Shown: positions 59,868 to 64,000 of the stretch, in pieces
Layout: every line of letters begins with the position of its first letter
How positions within the stretch are numbered: the first letter of the stretch is position 1
Origin: Candidatus Cloacimonadota bacterium
GTDB taxonomy: Bacteria; Cloacimonadota; Cloacimonadia; G963667145
NCBI GenBank assembly: GCA_963676615.1
Contig: OY781092.1
Location: forward strand, 960,001-1,024,000
Length of the DNA stretch: 64,000 bases
Direction: 5' to 3'
Notes under the pieces: model-generated
Database searches by the model: none
The model's input: the letters and a program-made list of their open reading frames with translations, nothing else
Told to the model about the DNA's origin: nothing
Program-made: the position numbers and the translations under genes

Positions 59868-59938
59868 CGCTAGTCTCCTGTTTACCTATTTCAACTTAAT
59901 AAACGCTAATATTTTGTCTGCCTCTTTGTTGTCAACCC

Positions 59939-60520
59939 TTAACTTTCAACTTCAGCTTTCTCCTGCTTAATTTGCAAATACAACTGCGTCAAAGCTTGGT
60001 TAAAATACGGCAAACTCCACAAAAATCCGATGCCAAAAGTCATACAACTCAACAAAAACCAACCAAAAAATCTCCAAAACAGACGAAAAATCTGCCACTT
60101 ATGCCCCCGAGTCAGCTTTTTACTTTTCGCAATAATCTCCATAGCCAAAAGATCAGGCTCGTCCGCGGCTATCAGATACACAAACGAATAGCTAAACAAA
60201 GCGATAATTCCCGGGATTATCAATAAAAGCGACCACAAAAAAACAAAAATCACCAAAAGCAAATACAGCAAAAAAGTTTCCAAAAAAATCTTGAACCCCG
60301 AAAACAAATCACCCAGCTGAGTCTCCTGCTTTCTGGCGATTTTTAGCGAAATCGAAGAAAAACCAACTCCCATTGCCACAGAAATCAAACAATTTCCGAT
60401 AAAAGTAAAAGACGCGCCGCCAATCACAACATAATAAATCAGCGCAACCAGCACCATAAAACTCCACTTCCCCCGCAAATTCTCTCTCGCCAAACGAGTT
60501 ATCTCACTATTCTTCACCAT
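59939..60520 (-). CDS. DUF975-family membrane protein
   Basis: AR..LRGKW, LWSLLLIIPGII...SY, GHKWQIF.L, GIG.LW..PY; GGAGGTG RBS. Confidence 0.85.
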   Translation of the reverse strand: MVKNSEITRLARENLRGKWSFMVLVALIYYVVIGGASFTFIGNCLISVAMGVGFSSISLKIARKQETQLGDLFSGFKIFLETFLLYLLLVIFVFLWSLLLIIPGIIALFSYSFVYLIAADEPDLLAMEIIAKSKKLTRGHKWQIFRLFWRFFGWFLLSCMTFGIGFLWSLPYFNQALTQLYLQIKQEKAEVES

Positions 60521-60540
60521 TTTCACCTCCAATGTCTCCT

Positions 60541-60984
60541 TTATTTTTGAACTCTCTCCACTTGCTCCAGCTGCCGAGCTGACCAATTATTTTTGCAAGC
60601 CTCTTCGATGTAATAAGTTCGCCTATCCTCGTCAACAATGCGTATAAGCTGCTTGTATTGCGTCCAATTCAATTGCGCACGCACCTCGTGCGCAATTGGA
60701 AAAGCCTTATAAAACTGACGACTCATCTCCAGCTGACGAACGCTAAAACCGCTACCAAAATCTTTGCTCAATTCCGCAGAAAGATGCTTTATCAAAAAAG
60801 CGCCATACTCCGCTCTCTCCCGCTCATTCTGCTCCTGCACAAAAATCTTTTGCCCAATCTTCCAATACATCATCACCCGCGCAAAATCGATAGCACGCAC
60901 CGCCTTTTGCTGAGCATTCGAGATAATCGATTTTATCTCCTGAACAAACCCAGACGAAAAATTTTTCCTCGTTTCAATCTCCAT
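60541..60984 (-). pseudogene. Truncated YhcG/DUF1016 (N-terminal domain only)
   Basis: YW.IG..I, RAEYG, GFSVRQL, LNWTQY, WSAR.L; the C-terminal PD-(D/E)xK domain is absent. Confidence 0.8.
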
Positions 60985-60999
60985 CGTCAACTAAAAATT

Positions 61000-63900
61000 T
61001 TACACTCTCTCCACTTGCAAATAAATCTCAAGCCCGTTGATATCCCACTTTTGCATCCCCTGGCTAGAGTCCGCGCGCTCAAAACAGTCCGCCAAAGTCT
61101 CCTTTTTCAAATCCTCCAAATATCCAGCCAGCATCTGCGCCAAATCCTCGCTGTAAAAATACCGCACCCGAATTCTATCCATCACCTGAAACCCAGAATT
61201 TTTCCGCGTAAACTGAATCTTGTTGATCAGCTCGCGGGCATACCCCTCGGCAATCAGCTCGTCCGACAGCTCCGTCTGCAGCGCCACAAAAAAATCGCCA
61301 CCACTCTCCACCTGATAACCCACAAGGCTCTGAAGCTCCAGCGTCAAATCGTCCTTGTCCAGCCGATACTCTGCTTCCTCCAGCCGCACCGCAAAATCTT
61401 CGCCCTTGGCAAAAGCGCTCTGAATCGCCGCAACATCCGCCGACTGCAAAAAATCTTGCAAAGCTTTCATCTGCTTGCCCACTTTCTTGCCCACATTCTT
61501 AAAATTCGGCTTAGCAAAATACGACACAAAATCTTCGTCCACAAAATCGACCTTTTTGATGTTAATCTCCTCCAAAATAAGCTCCTGCATCCCAGCAACC
61601 ACGCTCTGCAACTTCTTGGGCAACTTAATTTGGGCAAGCGGCTGTCGCACCTTGAGCCCAGCATTATTCCGCGCAAATCGTCCCAGCGACACCACCTGAA
61701 TGACCGTATCCATCTGCTTTTCCAGCTCCAAATCGATGGCAGCCAAATCACTCTTTGGAAAAGCCGCCAAATGCACCGACTCTTCGCCCGTGAGGCTACA
61801 ATAAATATGATCCGCCAAAAACGGCGAAACTGGCGCAATCAGCTGCGTGAGCCGTGTCAAAACGGTCTGCAAAGTGTAATACGCATCCTTTTTATCATCG
61901 CTAAGCTCAAACGACCAAAACCGTTCCCGCGAGCGCCGAACATACCAATTTGAAAGCTCCTCGCACGCAAAATTCTGAATCGCACGCACCGCCTTGGTCA
62001 AATCGTAGGCGTCCATCCGATCCTGCACATACGCAATCAAACCGTTGAGCTTGGAAAAAATCCAGCGGTCGATACTCGCGCTCACCTCCCGCGGCTTCTC
62101 GACTTTGTAACCGTCGATATTCGCATAAGTCGCAAAAAACGAATAAACATTTTTGAGCGTGCCAAAAAATTTACCAGCCACCTCTTTCACGCCGCTAGCA
62201 TCAAACTTCGTCGGCACCCACGGCGGACTGCCCGCCAAAAGATACCACCGCACAGCGTCCGCTCCAAACTCGTCCATCACCTCAAACGGATTGACCGTGT
62301 TACCCTTGGACTTGCTCATCTTTTTGCCATTTTTATCCAAAATCAAATCGTTCACCAGCACATTTTTGTAAGGCGTTTGCCCTTTGATTATCGTCGAAAT
62401 CGCCAGCAGAGAATAAAACCAGCCTCTTGTCTGGTCGATACCCTCACAAATAAAATCGGCAGGAAAAAGCTCGTCGAAATTTTCTTTGTTCTCAAACGGA
62501 TAATGATGCTGGGCAAACGGCATCGCACCGCTGTCAAACCAGCAATCTATCACCTGCGGCACTCGATGCATCACGCCGCCGCATTTTGGACACTCCAGCA
62601 CAATATCGTCCACAAACGGCTTGTGCAACTCTGGATTTTCTGGCACCGCAGAACCGTCGGAAGCCAGCCGTCCTTTCGCACGCAAATCAGCCTTTGAGCC
62701 GACACTTTCTTGAGCAGCACAATCATCGCAAACCCAAACATTCAGCGGAGTCCCCCAAAAACGATCCCGCGAAATCGCCCAATCCGTATTATTCTCCAGC
62801 CAAGAACCAAAACGCCCTTCGCCCACAAACGCAGGCGCCCAGTTGACCTTTTTATTCTCCGCAATCATTTTGTCTTTATAGTCGGTCGTCTTGATATACC
62901 AGCTCATCCGCGCGTAATACAAAAGCGGGCTATCGCAGCGCCAGCAGAAAGGATAGGAGTGTTTAAAACTCTCTTTCTTCAGAAACAAACCGCGCTCCTT
63001 GAGCGAAATCACGATCTGCTTCTCGACCTCCTTATCCTTGACAAAATATCCCTCCAACATCGGAAAATTCGCGTTATACTTGCCATCTTCGCCCACGGTA
63101 TGCACCAGCGGAATGCCATTTTTTTTGCACACCTGATAATCGTCCTCACCATACATCCCCGCAGTATGCACAATCCCAGTTCCGTCCTCGGTCGTCACAA
63201 AATCGCCCGCGTAAATCTTATGCGAGTTCTCGTTCTGCAAACTCTCCACCGCAAAAAGCGGCTCGTACTCTTGCCCCAAAAGCGCATCGCCCTTGAACTC
63301 CTGCACGATTTTATACTCATCGTCCAGCACCTTCAGCAAATTTTTCGCCAAAATATAAAACTCGCCCTGGCACTCAACCTTCACATAATCGATCTGCGCT
63401 CCAACCACCAAAGCCACATTCCCCGCAAGCGTCCACGGCGTCGTCGTCCACGCCAAAAAATAGGTGTTCGCCTGATCTTTTTTGCGAAATTTGATAAAAA
63501 CCGACGACTCGCTAACATCTTTATAACCAAGAGCCACCTCGTGCGAAGACAGCGGCGTCCCGCATTTCGGGCAAAACGGCACGACCTTGTGTCCCTGATA
63601 CAAAAGCCCCTTTTCCCACATCTGCTGCAGTAGCCACCAAACCGACTCTATATAATCGTTGTCCAGCGTGATATACGGATTGTCCAAATCGATTTCGTAG
63701 CCCATCTGCTGCGTCATCTTCCGCCACAACTTCTCGTAGCTAAAAACCGACTCGCGGCACTTTTGGTTAAACTCCTGCACGCCATAATCCAAAATCTTCT
63801 TCCGATCGTCCAACCCCAGCTGCTTCTGCACCTCAATCTCCACAGGCAAACCGTGCGTATCCCAGCCGGCCTTTCGCTTCACACGAAAACCCTGCATCGT

Positions 63901-64000
63901 CTTATATCGACACACCGTATCCTTGATCGAGCGCGCCATCACATGATGAATTCCGGGCTTGCCGTTGGCAGTAGGAGGTCCCTCAAAAAAGATAAAATCT
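61000..64000 (-). CDS. ileS: Isoleucine--tRNA ligase, type 2 (5' end outside window)
   Basis: EGPPTANG, GWDTHGLPVE, WTTTPWTL, DQTRGWF, KMSKS; long type-2 C-terminus. Confidence 0.96.
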   Translation of the reverse strand, partial: DFIFFEGPPTANGKPGIHHVMARSIKDTVCRYKTMQGFRVKRKAGWDTHGLPVEIEVQKQLGLDDRKKILDYGVQEFNQKCRESVFSYEKLWRKMTQQMGYEIDLDNPYITLDNDYIESVWWLLQQMWEKGLLYQGHKVVPFCPKCGTPLSSHEVALGYKDVSESSVFIKFRKKDQANTYFLAWTTTPWTLAGNVALVVGAQIDYVKVECQGEFYILAKNLLKVLDDEYKIVQEFKGDALLGQEYEPLFAVESLQNENSHKIYAGDFVTTEDGTGIVHTAGMYGEDDYQVCKKNGIPLVHTVGEDGKYNANFPMLEGYFVKDKEVEKQIVISLKERGLFLKKESFKHSYPFCWRCDSPLLYYARMSWYIKTTDYKDKMIAENKKVNWAPAFVGEGRFGSWLENNTDWAISRDRFWGTPLNVWVCDDCAAQESVGSKADLRAKGRLASDGSAVPENPELHKPFVDDIVLECPKCGGVMHRVPQVIDCWFDSGAMPFAQHHYPFENKENFDELFPADFICEGIDQTRGWFYSLLAISTIIKGQTPYKNVLVNDLILDKNGKKMSKSKGNTVNPFEVMDEFGADAVRWYLLAGSPPWVPTKFDASGVKEVAGKFFGTLKNVYSFFATYANIDGYKVEKPREVSASIDRWIFSKLNGLIAYVQDRMDAYDLTKAVRAIQNFACEELSNWYVRRSRERFWSFELSDDKKDAYYTLQTVLTRLTQLIAPVSPFLADHIYCSLTGEESVHLAAFPKSDLAAIDLELEKQMDTVIQVVSLGRFARNNAGLKVRQPLAQIKLPKKLQSVVAGMQELILEEINIKKVDFVDEDFVSYFAKPNFKNVGKKVGKQMKALQDFLQSADVAAIQSAFAKGEDFAVRLEEAEYRLDKDDLTLELQSLVGYQVESGGDFFVALQTELSDELIAEGYARELINKIQFTRKNSGFQVMDRIRVRYFYSEDLAQMLAGYLEDLKKETLADCFERADSSQGMQKWDINGLEIYLQVERV

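Overview
A 64-kb, mostly core-genome window of an anaerobic diderm bacterium. It has LptF/G, an LpxL-like acyltransferase and an [FeFe]-hydrogenase; gene content suggests Cloacimonadota or a related FCB-adjacent lineage, which is an inference only. Housekeeping genes include pckA (partial), topA, glyS, a glmM-like mutase, hisD, hisG-hisC/HAD-hisB-hisH, argH, parAB, dusB, truB, engB, rpsU, rplU-rpmA-rbfA and ileS (partial), plus tRNA-Ala(GGC) and tRNA-Val(GAC). Accessory content is an AT-rich type II R-M island with a HEPN-like gene, an AT-rich methyltransferase/epimerase islet, and an IS256-family element interrupting a LOG gene. Four observations stand out. (1) A cstA / small protein / Get3-ArsA ATPase / membrane protein operon whose last product resembles the eukaryotic PAT-complex subunit CCDC47, possibly a bacterial membrane-protein chaperone module. 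(2) The ribF gene is fused behind a signal peptide, LRR ectodomain and TM helix, giving a receptor-like FAD synthetase that abuts the hydrogenase operon. (3) One HydA is encoded with two HydBC pairs, one with electron-bifurcating and one with non-bifurcating signatures. (4) My manual read found no ACGT site in the whole window, consistent with an ACGT-specific R-M system. All assignments come from motif reading without database searches.
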